Of a stretch of DNA of 64,000 nucleotides, positions 18,551-27,498 are shown piece by piece. Below the pieces are notes generated by a model. It had not been told where the DNA came from, made no database searches, and was given only the letters and a program-made list of their open reading frames with translations. Position numbers and translations under genes: made by a program. This DNA comes from Candidatus Micrarchaeota archaeon (lineage in GTDB: Archaea > Micrarchaeota > Micrarchaeia > Anstonellales > Bilamarchaeaceae): positions 1 to 64,000 of the forward strand of contig JAGVWJ010000008.1 of assembly GCA_018304385.1 (NCBI GenBank). Reading direction: 5' to 3'. Position 1 is the first letter of the stretch; each line of letters begins with the position of its first letter.

Positions 18551-19312
18551 ATGGATTTGAAAGCTATAGAAAAGTATTTGGATCCATACCGAATCATTTT
18601 TCTATCTCTAATAATTCTTGTTCTTATAAACGGGCAGTTGCAAGGTTTTAATGATGCAATTTTATCCTCGCTTACAGCCCTGGTTGTTTCTGTTGCAGTA
18701 GACGTAATAGCCACATATATAAAAACCAAAAAAATAATTTTATCTTATGGTCCGGCAATAAGTGGATTAATACTTGCATTAGTTTTTTCACCTAATCTAC
18801 CATTATATAATATTGCTGGAACTGCTGCGCTTGCGCAAGTGCTAAAACATATTGTTCGATATAAAAATAATAATCTCTTTAATCCAGCATCACTTGCAAT
18901 GATAATTGTTTTCTTGCAAGTTCCTGCAGAGGCATGGTGGGGAAATAAAATTCCAGAAGCATTGATACTTGGTCTAATCGTTTCTTGGAGAATAAAACGA
19001 TTGCCTGCAAGTATTACATTTATGATCGCATATACTATTTTTAGTATGTTGGTTGGGTCGCTAATAGCCAAAAGCCAACAGCCAATAGCAAATTATATTG
19101 ATCTATCAACTGGCTGGGTTTTCTTTGCTTTTTTCATGCTTGTTGAACCAAGAACATCACCGCGCGCATTGAAAGCACAGATAATGTATGCTTCGCTGAT
19201 TGCGTTGATTGCTACAATGGGTTTTACTTATAGTTTACATTCACCAATATTACTTGCGTTATTAATTGGAAATGCAGCTAGTACATTTTATTTTAGTAAG
19301 CTAAAAAATTAG
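18551..19312 (+). CDS. Stand-alone RnfD/NqrB-like membrane protein
   Basis: GPAISGLILAL, NLFNPA, FAFFMLVEPRTSP; about 8 TM segments. Confidence 0.8.
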   Translation: MDLKAIEKYLDPYRIIFLSLIILVLINGQLQGFNDAILSSLTALVVSVAVDVIATYIKTKKIILSYGPAISGLILALVFSPNLPLYNIAGTAALAQVLKHIVRYKNNNLFNPASLAMIIVFLQVPAEAWWGNKIPEALILGLIVSWRIKRLPASITFMIAYTIFSMLVGSLIAKSQQPIANYIDLSTGWVFFAFFMLVEPRTSPRALKAQIMYASLIALIATMGFTYSLHSPILLALLIGNAASTFYFSKLKN

Positions 19313-19467
19313 TCATTTTCTTCAAGTTTCTTTTTCAACTGCGCTATTTCTTCATGCAGAAATATGTTCTTTTTTAGAGGATCCATCTTTGCTTTCTTTT
19401 CAAGTTCCTCTAGCTTTGCTTTTATGTTTGCTTTTCTTCTAGAAAGATCTTTTTTGCTCATTCCCAT
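19309..19467 (-). CDS. Small basic coiled-coil hypothetical protein
   Basis: MGMSKKDLSRRKANIKAKLEELEKK...; start moved downstream of the track start. Confidence 0.6.
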   Translation of the reverse strand: MGMSKKDLSRRKANIKAKLEELEKKAKMDPLKKNIFLHEEIAQLKKKLEEND

Positions 19468-19547
19468 ACTGAGTATTAAAATAATAAAATTAATAAATAA
19501 GACCTTTGACGCGCATCGCGTCAAAATTTTTCATCAAAAGGAAAAAA

Positions 19548-19829
19548 CGCCTCCGCCGGGGTTGACGGCCTTGCTGTCAAATCTTGTCCGACAGGACAAG
19601 GCTTTCGAACCCGGGTCGTGGACGAGCTGCTCAGTCCTGAGTTTTCTGTTCTGCGTTTCGCGTCACTAGTTTTTCTCAGGGCTTTTGACCAATGTCTTTA
19701 CTTTTGCCACAAGTATGGCAGAAGTCAAAAGTAATGACTGACAGGCCCATATGCTAACCATTGTGCTACTACTTAACGAAGTAGTTTTGGGGTGCCTTTT
19801 CCTAAAAGGCATAACTACACCACAGAGGC
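19548..19829 (-). tRNA. tRNA-Asp(GUC) with three introns (15/16, 37/38, 59/60)
   Basis: Exons 19829-19815, 19760-19739, 19624-19604 and 19561-19548 join to a 72-nt cloverleaf GCCTCTGTGGTGTAG|TGGTTAGCATATGGGCCTGTCA|CGTCCACGACCCGGGTTCGAA|CCCCGGCGGAGGCG; followed by T6. Confidence 0.92.
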
Positions 19830-19888
19830 ATAAAGAATATAAACGGTGTGGGGTAATCTTTTTAAGCGCTTACTTTTTATATCATCTT

Positions 19889-20551
19889 ATGAAAAAGATA
19901 AAAATCTTAGGAATGACGCTTGATACGTTCATGGGAATATTTATATCTCTCGTTACAGTAATCGCTGCTTGGACCTCAAACCAATCTGGTGATTACATCC
20001 AAGAGGCAAATGATTTAAACAGACAGTCCCTTAACCACCTTGTAAATGCAAGCAACTGGTGGAATTATTACCAAGCACATAGATTACGTGTGACACTGTT
20101 TGAAAACGATATAATTGATGAAAGCGGAAAAGATGTTTTTAAAATATTAGAAGAATATGATGATAAAGTCTCTAAGAACAACACGCCTATAAGACAAGAA
20201 CTATTAGATACACTAAAAGGAGAAGGAGTTAATACTGCAAAACTAGATAGCTATTTAACTGGCCTAGAGAAAAGTTCCTTAAAATATAAAGATGGACAAG
20301 AATACGCAAGAAATGCAGAAAAGGCACAAGCAAAAGCAGCGGATGCAGCCGCAGTTGCGACGGATTATGCAACTGCTTATCAGGTTATCACTCTTATACT
20401 AGTTATATCAATGGGCTTAGGAGGTATAGCAGTTATTCTAAACATACCTGGGCTTGCATTTGGTTCAATCTTAGTTGGAGTTGCGGGTATATTACATTTA
20501 TTATTAATTTTATTTGCTCCTGGAATAGTTGGATTAACCCCACTAAACTAG
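19889..20551 (+). CDS. DUF4337-like membrane protein
   Basis: Start at ATG 19889 (the track extension overlaps tRNA-Asp); N-terminal TM, ASNWWNYYQAH, two C-terminal TMs. Confidence 0.7.
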   Translation: MKKIKILGMTLDTFMGIFISLVTVIAAWTSNQSGDYIQEANDLNRQSLNHLVNASNWWNYYQAHRLRVTLFENDIIDESGKDVFKILEEYDDKVSKNNTPIRQELLDTLKGEGVNTAKLDSYLTGLEKSSLKYKDGQEYARNAEKAQAKAADAAAVATDYATAYQVITLILVISMGLGGIAVILNIPGLAFGSILVGVAGILHLLLILFAPGIVGLTPLN

Positions 20552-20615
20552 AAAGATATAAGAAACTCGTTTTTGTCTATATCTAGTAACATTTATAAAG
20601 TGTTATAAATATAAT

Positions 20616-22355
20616 ATGATGATGAGATTGCATTATAGCAACTCCACTAATTCCAATCAGAAAAACCCTAATCGCTTTAGGATAGCACATGCTATAAAAA
20701 ATATTGGGACTGCGATATTCGCAACATTTTTTCTAGCAAACACTGCACATGCTGCAGAAACAACCAGACCACGTACTAATTCTGATATAGCTATTTCAGG
20801 TGATGGAAATAATAGATCGCAGCTTGTTATTGGAGGAGAATATTTTAGATATAGAGATTCGGTCCCAACACTAGCTGGAGATTCTAATCAACATACAGAT
20901 CAACATACGGTAAGTGCCAGTTTGGCATTGCGTGTTGCAAACCCTTTATTTATCATTGGAAGGTATGCATATACAAATGCTGAATTGGATCTTAATCTTG
21001 CAAGTGGACCGTATAGTGGGGCTTATACTACAGCAGTTGATAGAAAGGATTCTATACTTGCAGGGCTTAAGCTAGTTCTTGATACAAATGCAGGGGCATT
21101 TTTTATTCAGGCATTAGGGGGTGTAATAATCCCCAGAGATTATAGAACAGAAGTAATTGGTATGCCTCCAATAGTTAATAACGCTCCAGTTGATTTTGAT
21201 GGTATGTTAGAAGGAGTGTATCTATCCCCAGCACAAAAATTCGCCATTTTTACTACAGTATTGCGCAATGCATTTGACCCATTTATATTTTCTTTGCAAG
21301 ATCGCCATTTGCCAAGTTTAGTAAATGGTGTTCCAACCGTTGTTGAGGCTAACGCAACAAGCCACCGTATATATCTACAACAAACAGATGATGGTGTCAC
21401 AGAACACCCAAACGGTAGGCGTTATCTTGGTTCTTTGGATTTATTTGTCCCTGCCTTTGGTTCAGATGAATTGTATGCGGGGCTTGATGGTGGGGTAGGA
21501 TATGATATCATTTGCCCACTTAATGAATGCGGAAATGAAGAAATACATAGATTTATGGCTAATGGCGGTGCTTTCTTCGATCTTGGGTCCATTCAAATTT
21601 CTATTGATTACAATCATCATGGCAAGGATAATATGCTTGTTCTAACAGTAGGTACGTACGCTGAAAGTAAAAAACTATTTTTTGGTGGAAGATACATTCG
21701 TCCACTTAATGACGCTAGAACAGAACATGCAGTAGTAAGGGCAGGTATTAACGAGGAAACTGAGGAGAGTTCACGCGATGGAACGGATAGTGGAGGTGGC
21801 GGGGATTTAGGGGGAAGTAGTCCTGATGGCAAAGATAAAAGAGATACTAAGGGAACAGAAATTACACCTCCAGAAGCAGGGCAAGAGGATGAAGTACAAG
21901 CGCCTCCAGACGCAGGTAGCCAACCTGACCCAATAAATGCTGGCAGAACAGTTGAAGTAACAGATTTACCTGCAGAGCTCCAAGGAAAAAACCAAAGAGA
22001 AATAGGAAGAATCCTAAATGTATTGGAATATGATTTCAATAATCTGACGTATGTGCCTTGGCAAAAGGTAATAAATGATTTAGTAAATACGGGTTACTTA
22101 GACACGAATAAAATAAATATAAGTACAGGACCTAAAAACAGACGGATGAAAAAAGCAGTTGAAGATCTCCAAAGAACAATTAACGAATATTTAGGAACGC
22201 GAAACCTTCAATATTATTATCGTGGCGAAAATACCACAACCCCATTAGATGATGACGGCCAGATTGGTGGAAGAACGGCTGCTGCAACATCAGCATTTCT
22301 AAAATTCGCAATAAATGAAATCAGAGCAGCCTATCAAATGGAACTGTTTGAATAA
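20616..22355 (+). CDS. Secreted protein: N-terminal beta-barrel-like domain, acidic/Pro linker, C-terminal peptidoglycan-binding-like domain; paralog of 15443..18520
   Basis: Signal ending TAHAA; SHRIYLQQTDDGVTEHPNGRRYLGSLDL matches THRLVLQEDETGVTGEPNARRWHGALEL; AVEDLQRTIN..DDDGQIGGRTAAA. Confidence 0.7.
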   Translation: MMMRLHYSNSTNSNQKNPNRFRIAHAIKNIGTAIFATFFLANTAHAAETTRPRTNSDIAISGDGNNRSQLVIGGEYFRYRDSVPTLAGDSNQHTDQHTVSASLALRVANPLFIIGRYAYTNAELDLNLASGPYSGAYTTAVDRKDSILAGLKLVLDTNAGAFFIQALGGVIIPRDYRTEVIGMPPIVNNAPVDFDGMLEGVYLSPAQKFAIFTTVLRNAFDPFIFSLQDRHLPSLVNGVPTVVEANATSHRIYLQQTDDGVTEHPNGRRYLGSLDLFVPAFGSDELYAGLDGGVGYDIICPLNECGNEEIHRFMANGGAFFDLGSIQISIDYNHHGKDNMLVLTVGTYAESKKLFFGGRYIRPLNDARTEHAVVRAGINEETEESSRDGTDSGGGGDLGGSSPDGKDKRDTKGTEITPPEAGQEDEVQAPPDAGSQPDPINAGRTVEVTDLPAELQGKNQREIGRILNVLEYDFNNLTYVPWQKVINDLVNTGYLDTNKINISTGPKNRRMKKAVEDLQRTINEYLGTRNLQYYYRGENTTTPLDDDGQIGGRTAAATSAFLKFAINEIRAAYQMELFE

Positions 22356-22444
22356 ACCAAATCTTTAAAATAAGCTATGTACCATAATATTTAACTGGTT
22401 CTCTCCGATTTTTTTATCTTCAGAGAGGGAACTGGGTTTTAATA

Positions 22445-23998
22445 ATGTCAGTTAAACGTGCATTAATATCTGTTTTTGATAAAAAGGGTATTGTAGAATT
22501 TGCCAAATCGCTTTCTGATCTTAATATAGAAATTATTTCTAGTGGTGGTACTGCCAAACTACTTAAAAGCGAGCAAATCAAAGTAACAGATGTTTCTACT
22601 TTTACGGGGTTTCCAGAAATGATGGACGGTCGCGTAAAAACGCTGCATCCGAAAGTACATGGTGCGATACTCGCTGATCGTTCAAAGAAAACACATTTAG
22701 AACAAGCGAAAAAACAAGGAATAGAACTAATTGATCTCGTAGTTGTTAACCTTTATCCTTTCGAACAGGTAATAAATAATAGTAATCTAGAAACAGCAAT
22801 TGAAAATATTGATATTGGTGGACCTGCGTTATTGCGGAGCGCTGCAAAAAATTATAAAGATGTTGCATGTGTTGTTAATCCTGCTCGCTACCCAGATATA
22901 ATAAATGAACTAAAAAATAATAAAAAAATAAGCGAAAAAACGCGCGAAACACTTGCATTGGAAGTATGGGAACACGTAGCGCATTATGATGTAATAATAG
23001 AAACCTATTTTAGAAAAGTATTCAAGAAGGATAAAAAACCTCCTGAATACTTAAATCTTACATTTAAAAAATGGCAGGATTTGCGCTATGGCGAAAACCC
23101 GCACCAAGGAGCAGCTATTTATATAGATACAAACTTCAACGGGCCATCAGTACTTAATGCAAAGCAATTACAAGGTAAACACCTCTCTTATAATAACATA
23201 CAAGATGCTGCATCTGCATTTGAGCTTGTTAAAGAATTTGATGAACCAACTGCAGTTATTGTAAAACATAATAATCCAAGCGGAGTTGCTTCTTCGCATG
23301 ACATAGTCGAAGCATATAAGCTTGCTAGGAGTGTTGATCCAGAGGCTGCATTTGGTGGTGTAGTCGCAATTAACCAGCCAGTAAGCGGGGATCTTGCAAA
23401 AGAAATAATTTCTGTTTTTGTTGAAATTGTGCTTGCGCCTAGTTTTAGCGAAGCTGCAAAGGATGTTTTCAAGGTAAGGAGAAATTTACGGTTGTTAGAA
23501 ATCATTGATTTCAAAACAAAACGAGCACCGTATAAAGAATATAAAACTGTTGCAGGCGGATTGCTTGCACAGGATGCAGATACGTTACTTTTGGAAAAAG
23601 GCATGCGATTTATTACAAAAAGAAAGCCCACACGCGAGGAGATGCAGGCAATGTTATACGCATGGAAGATTGCGAAATATGTTAAATCAAATGCAATAGT
23701 TTATGCAAGGCCAAATCGTGCTGTTGGCATTGGTGCTGGACAGATGAAGCGAGTTGATGCTGCTAAATTAGCTGCAATGATTGCACGAGACTACTCGGGC
23801 GAGATTAGTTTGCGTGGATGTGCAATGGCTAGTGATGCGTTCTTTCCATTTCGCGATGGTATTGATTATGCTGCAAAACTAGGCATAACTGCGATTATTC
23901 AACCTGGCGGCTCGTTAAAAGATGAAGAAGTAATCAAGGCTGCTGATGAACATAATATTGCGATGATATTTACTGGAGTGAGGCATTTTAGGCACTAA
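22445..23998 (+). CDS. purH: Bifunctional AICAR transformylase/IMP cyclohydrolase
   Basis: ALISVFDK, GRVKTLHP, IDIGGP, LRYGENPHQ, SYNN, VKHNNP, ASDAFFPF, IQPGGS. Confidence 0.97.
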   Translation: MSVKRALISVFDKKGIVEFAKSLSDLNIEIISSGGTAKLLKSEQIKVTDVSTFTGFPEMMDGRVKTLHPKVHGAILADRSKKTHLEQAKKQGIELIDLVVVNLYPFEQVINNSNLETAIENIDIGGPALLRSAAKNYKDVACVVNPARYPDIINELKNNKKISEKTRETLALEVWEHVAHYDVIIETYFRKVFKKDKKPPEYLNLTFKKWQDLRYGENPHQGAAIYIDTNFNGPSVLNAKQLQGKHLSYNNIQDAASAFELVKEFDEPTAVIVKHNNPSGVASSHDIVEAYKLARSVDPEAAFGGVVAINQPVSGDLAKEIISVFVEIVLAPSFSEAAKDVFKVRRNLRLLEIIDFKTKRAPYKEYKTVAGGLLAQDADTLLLEKGMRFITKRKPTREEMQAMLYAWKIAKYVKSNAIVYARPNRAVGIGAGQMKRVDAAKLAAMIARDYSGEISLRGCAMASDAFFPFRDGIDYAAKLGITAIIQPGGSLKDEEVIKAADEHNIAMIFTGVRHFRH

Positions 23999-24002
23999 AT
24001 TA

Positions 24003-24037
24003 CTGCTATGGGCATTGAGCCTTGAGCAGTGGGCAAA
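24003..24037 (+). repeat. Heptamer array
   Basis: CTGCTAT GGGCATT GAGCCTT GAGCAGT GGGCAAA. Confidence 0.75.
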
Positions 24038-24074
24038 CCAAAACTTATTTAAACTATTTTATAATATTAAATTC

Positions 24075-24815
24075 ATGCGAAAAATATTTTTATTACTCCT
24101 CCTAGTATCTTTTGTTCTTGCTGCACCTCCAGATTGGGTTAAACAAGGCGTAAAAATAACTTATACTGCAACACCTGGCGGAGATGTATCATATGAGGTT
24201 CTTAGTGTTTCTGCTACTGAAGTGAAAATTGATCAAAGCCCAGGTGGCGCACCAACTGATAATGCAAGCGCGGATTCTGGAAGTTTCTGGTATGATAAAT
24301 CAAAAACATCAACGCTTAGTCAGGATGATAGTATAGATGGATGGAAGATATTTGAAAAAGATGTCGTGGTAACTGCAGCTGGCAAAAGTTGGGTAACACT
24401 TAAAATGAAAAAAACTTTATTTGGCCAACAAACAGAAAGATGGGTTGATAAGGAAACCGGATTATTGATAAAACAAGCCATACCTTCACAAACAGTATTA
24501 TTAAAATCAATTAACCCGCCGTTTGGTTCTGAATCTGCAACACCAGTGCCATCTCCAATATTGTCTGGAACCCCTCAGCCACAACCATCTCCAAGCGATG
24601 ATTTGCCTCCGTTGCCTTCTGATGGGCAGCCTTCTCCGACTCCAAGTCCGCAACCAAGTGGGCAACCTACCCCCAGTAATACATCTGCGCCTTCTCCTGC
24701 ACCAGCCCCAGGACCAGTACCTGATTTAAAACCACCTGATAGCAATGTGCCATGCTGCCCAATTGCATTTATGCTACTTATTTTAGGATTTGTTGTTTAT
24801 AGACACAAGAATTAG
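24075..24815 (+). CDS. Secreted protein with a Pro/Ser-rich linker and a Cys-Cys-Pro C-terminal sorting-like signal
   Basis: MRKIFLLLLLVSFVLA signal; PQPSP repeats; PCCPIAFMLLILGFVVYRHKN terminus. Confidence 0.8.
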   Translation: MRKIFLLLLLVSFVLAAPPDWVKQGVKITYTATPGGDVSYEVLSVSATEVKIDQSPGGAPTDNASADSGSFWYDKSKTSTLSQDDSIDGWKIFEKDVVVTAAGKSWVTLKMKKTLFGQQTERWVDKETGLLIKQAIPSQTVLLKSINPPFGSESATPVPSPILSGTPQPQPSPSDDLPPLPSDGQPSPTPSPQPSGQPTPSNTSAPSPAPAPGPVPDLKPPDSNVPCCPIAFMLLILGFVVYRHKN

Positions 24816-24854
24816 CCTTCAGCAATGAGCCTTGAGCAGTGGGCCATGAGTTAC
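24813..24854 (+). repeat. Heptamer array starting at a TAG stop
   Basis: TAGCCTT CAGCAAT GAGCCTT GAGCAGT GGGCCAT GAGTTAC. Confidence 0.75.
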
Positions 24855-25165
24855 AATAAAGCATGTTCTCTTAAAACTTTTCTTAATGCGCCTTCAGTTT
24901 CCCAATGAGGCAATAATGCACGATCAACTAAAACTTCTTTAAATCTTATTCTGTCCCTTAATGTCGCAGACCTTCGACCCCCTTCTCGTGAGATATCAGT
25001 AGCTGTTCTAAGCTCTCTTCGTTCAACATCATAAACAAACCATCGTCTATCGTTGGGACCTTTTGCATAAATAGTAACCATTTTAGCTGGCTGATCTGGA
25101 AACCTATGAAAATAAGGCAGAACTCTATTTGGGTTATTTCTTGGATATCTATGTACAGAAACCAT
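24851..25165 (-). CDS. Arg-rich hypothetical protein
   Basis: 104-aa ORF with a TTTATATAAA box about 22 nt upstream. Confidence 0.55.
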   Translation of the reverse strand: MVSVHRYPRNNPNRVLPYFHRFPDQPAKMVTIYAKGPNDRRWFVYDVERRELRTATDISREGGRRSATLRDRIRFKEVLVDRALLPHWETEGALRKVLREHALL

Positions 25166-25200
25166 AGTTCTTATATGTTACAAAATTTATATAAATGTTA

Positions 25201-26229
25201 CTAAACATCTTCATAACAATAAACTTTTTTATCTGGCCCAACTACTGTATAAGGCTTATCAGGTTGTTTGTCCGAACATAATGGAAAACCAACAAGTGAT
25301 TCACTGCTTATTGTTTGATTATTAACATAAACACCAGCAGGAATATTATCTGGCATGCAAAATAATTTATCTCCCCTGGTAATAGCTATTGCACTTTCAG
25401 GGCAGTATCTATACCCATCACTAACAGTATTAAATATAACGCCAATAATTAACCCAATTATCTGGGATGACTTAATACAGCCTGGATCAGGAGATGGATT
25501 GTTGTCTCCTTGAACAGTATAACAAACCCCACTACTATCCCTTTGAATCTCAATTATTCTATGCATTATAGGAAGATCAAAAGATGTTGATCTATATGCG
25601 ATGATATTTCCAACTTGCAATCGTTCTGGATCAAAATTAGTTGTAAATACTGCTGTATGTTCTGCAGTTATTGTTGGATGCATTGATTTGGTATCGGTTA
25701 CAGATGAAAGATTTAGTTTAGACTGTTTCAAGATTAATGAATCCCTTGATAAAAGAAAATCAAGGTTTGCAATAACTGGGGAACTAGGTATATCTTTTGG
25801 CAAACGACCTGATGATTGGAAGTTTCTAAGTTTTTCTAATATTACTTCGTAGTCCCTGGTTAGATTTTGATACAATGACTTAAGATTATTATGACTATTA
25901 TTCAAAGAGATATAAGATGCGCTCAAATCATTATAATTTTTAATATAGTTATTATGTGCTGTATTTAGACTAGAGTAGTCTAACATAAGTTTTTTATTGG
26001 ATAAATCAAGTTCATCATAAGATTTATTTAGAGATTCATGCGCATCACGCAACTCATTGTATTTGGATTGCAAGGTTTTATCTTTCTCTTCAAGATTATC
26101 ATAATCCTTTTGCAGCTCTTCGTATTTTTTCTCCATTGCATTCTTATCATTGACTGCCTTATTCAATTCTTCTTTTGATACACAGCCAAAGAGTATTAGT
26201 ACCAGTGCTAGAAAAATTATTTTTCTCAT
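25201..26229 (-). CDS. Lipoprotein with a long coiled coil and an S26 (signal peptidase I, Sec11-type) domain
   Basis: Start at ATG 26229, lipobox LFGC; heptad coil; SMHPT, IMHRI, GDNN catalytic motifs. Confidence 0.85.
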   Translation of the reverse strand: MRKIIFLALVLILFGCVSKEELNKAVNDKNAMEKKYEELQKDYDNLEEKDKTLQSKYNELRDAHESLNKSYDELDLSNKKLMLDYSSLNTAHNNYIKNYNDLSASYISLNNSHNNLKSLYQNLTRDYEVILEKLRNFQSSGRLPKDIPSSPVIANLDFLLSRDSLILKQSKLNLSSVTDTKSMHPTITAEHTAVFTTNFDPERLQVGNIIAYRSTSFDLPIMHRIIEIQRDSSGVCYTVQGDNNPSPDPGCIKSSQIIGLIIGVIFNTVSDGYRYCPESAIAITRGDKLFCMPDNIPAGVYVNNQTISSESLVGFPLCSDKQPDKPYTVVGPDKKVYCYEDV

Positions 26230-26298
26230 GAATAGTTTATTGGAAATAGATTTATAAGAACATCCCAAAACAACAATCCAAGACCCAAAACAAAAAAA

Positions 26299-26593
26299 TC
26301 CCGCCTGCCTGATTTGTTCCATTGAACCCTTTTTAGAATCTAATTATTTTTTTATGTTAAAAAGGGTTCGTCCAAAAACGACATTAAAATAACCATCGTT
26401 TAAAACCTTCGCCGTTTCTTTGGGGGTGAAGGCCTCAGCCATTGACACGACTTTCGTGTCAATATTTGTCAACATTGTTGACAATTCACTTTCTTTAGAA
26501 GAAAGGGGCTATGGCTTGAACAAGCAACCTATCGGTTTCCGCCTTTTAGGAAAAGGCGGCCTAAAACTCACTAGGGGATTGAGCTAAGGCGGG
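26299..26593 (-). pseudogene. Degenerate tRNA-Tyr-like gene with a 202-nt T-loop intron (58/59) and a hairpin replacing the anticodon loop
   Basis: Acceptor CCCGCCT/AGGCGGG plus A73 (C1-G72, Tyr identity); T-stem GCTTG/CAGGC; TTCAA|intron 26515-26314|AT; T7 downstream; no GG in the D-loop and no GTA anticodon. Confidence 0.75.
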
Positions 26594-26620
26594 ATTATTA
26601 TTTATATGAGAGAATAACTT

Positions 26621-26914
26621 TTAAGGTCTTGCATTTTGCTGATTTTGCCAATATTTAGCCTCGGCAGCCTCTACATCAGCAATTGTTCTGTTATTATTCC
26701 TGCACCAATTGTCTACTAAACGCGTATATAATTCAGGATCGCTAATGCCTGGAATATTTCCACCGCTTCGAATTAACTGTAGCAATTTTATAATGCCCAT
26801 CGGAATCCCATCAATTGGACCTTCATTTAGCACTCCTTTTTCTACATGTAGTATTGGTCTTCTTGCTGGTAATTGCACTGGTTCCCCTCTTAATTTTAAT
26901 AATGCACTTCCCAT
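26621..26914 (-). CDS. Hypothetical protein
   Basis: 97-aa ORF with an AT-rich promoter-like region upstream. Confidence 0.5.
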   Translation of the reverse strand: MGSALLKLRGEPVQLPARRPILHVEKGVLNEGPIDGIPMGIIKLLQLIRSGGNIPGISDPELYTRLVDNWCRNNNRTIADVEAAEAKYWQNQQNARP

Positions 26915-27049
26915 ACAATATATTTAATTACGACAATTTATAAATATGTGTAACTAAATTCCTCGCAGCATTGTTTTTGGCCCATTATCAAAAAATTCGT
27001 ATTTACGAAAATCGCAAAAGGTTTAAATAGTAGATGAGTAATCCAGTAC

Positions 27050-27460
27050 ATGAAGCTCGATGACAAAGACAAGAAAATAATTTCCTTATTGCGGCAAAAT
27101 GCGCGCGTTGCAAATACAACAATGGCCAAGCAAGTAGACTTAACAGAAGGTGCAGTACGCCATCGCATTGATCAGCTTGTTAAACAAGGGGCAATTAAAA
27201 GATTTACAATTGACACATCTGCGGAAAGCGGATTTTTCGCAATAGTCATGACAAAGGCTAGGGATGATCCTAAAAAAGCAATGCGCGAAATAATTGCAAC
27301 GAGGATTCCAAAGGAAGCATATGAAGTATCTGGAGATTTTGATGGATGCCTAATTATAGAAGGAGAAAGTATTGAAGCTATTGATGATGAGATAGATAAA
27401 ATAAGAAAACTAAAAAGCGTGAGCGATACGAAAACTTATGTTGTTTTAAGGAAATACTAA
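27050..27460 (+). CDS. Lrp/AsnC family transcriptional regulator
   Basis: LDDKDKKIISLLRQNAR HTH; YEVSGDFD RAM domain. Confidence 0.93.
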   Translation: MKLDDKDKKIISLLRQNARVANTTMAKQVDLTEGAVRHRIDQLVKQGAIKRFTIDTSAESGFFAIVMTKARDDPKKAMREIIATRIPKEAYEVSGDFDGCLIIEGESIEAIDDEIDKIRKLKSVSDTKTYVVLRKY

Positions 27461-27498
27461 ATAATAAATATTGGATGAACCGCGGCTTCAATGAGCTG

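Noticed and set aside
19364-19888. ORF 19364..19669 and the N-terminal extension of 19751..20551
   Set aside because: They overlap the intron-containing tRNA-Asp on the other strand
22390-22440. Hairpin upstream of purH as a ZMP/ZTP riboswitch
   Set aside because: An imperfect GTTCTCTC/GAGAGGGAAC stem exists, but the conserved pfl-motif core and pseudoknot are not recognisable
26441-26484. Palindromes as CRISPR repeats or a stand-alone terminator
   Set aside because: No repeat-spacer periodicity and no cas genes; they are hairpin modules within the tRNA-Tyr-like intron
26533-26560. Reading the Tyr-like anticodon hairpin as a 37/38 intron that gives tRNA-Gly(GCC)
   Set aside because: It would need C33 and U37, a mismatched anticodon stem and Tyr acceptor identity; the fully paired hairpin lacks the 5' bulge
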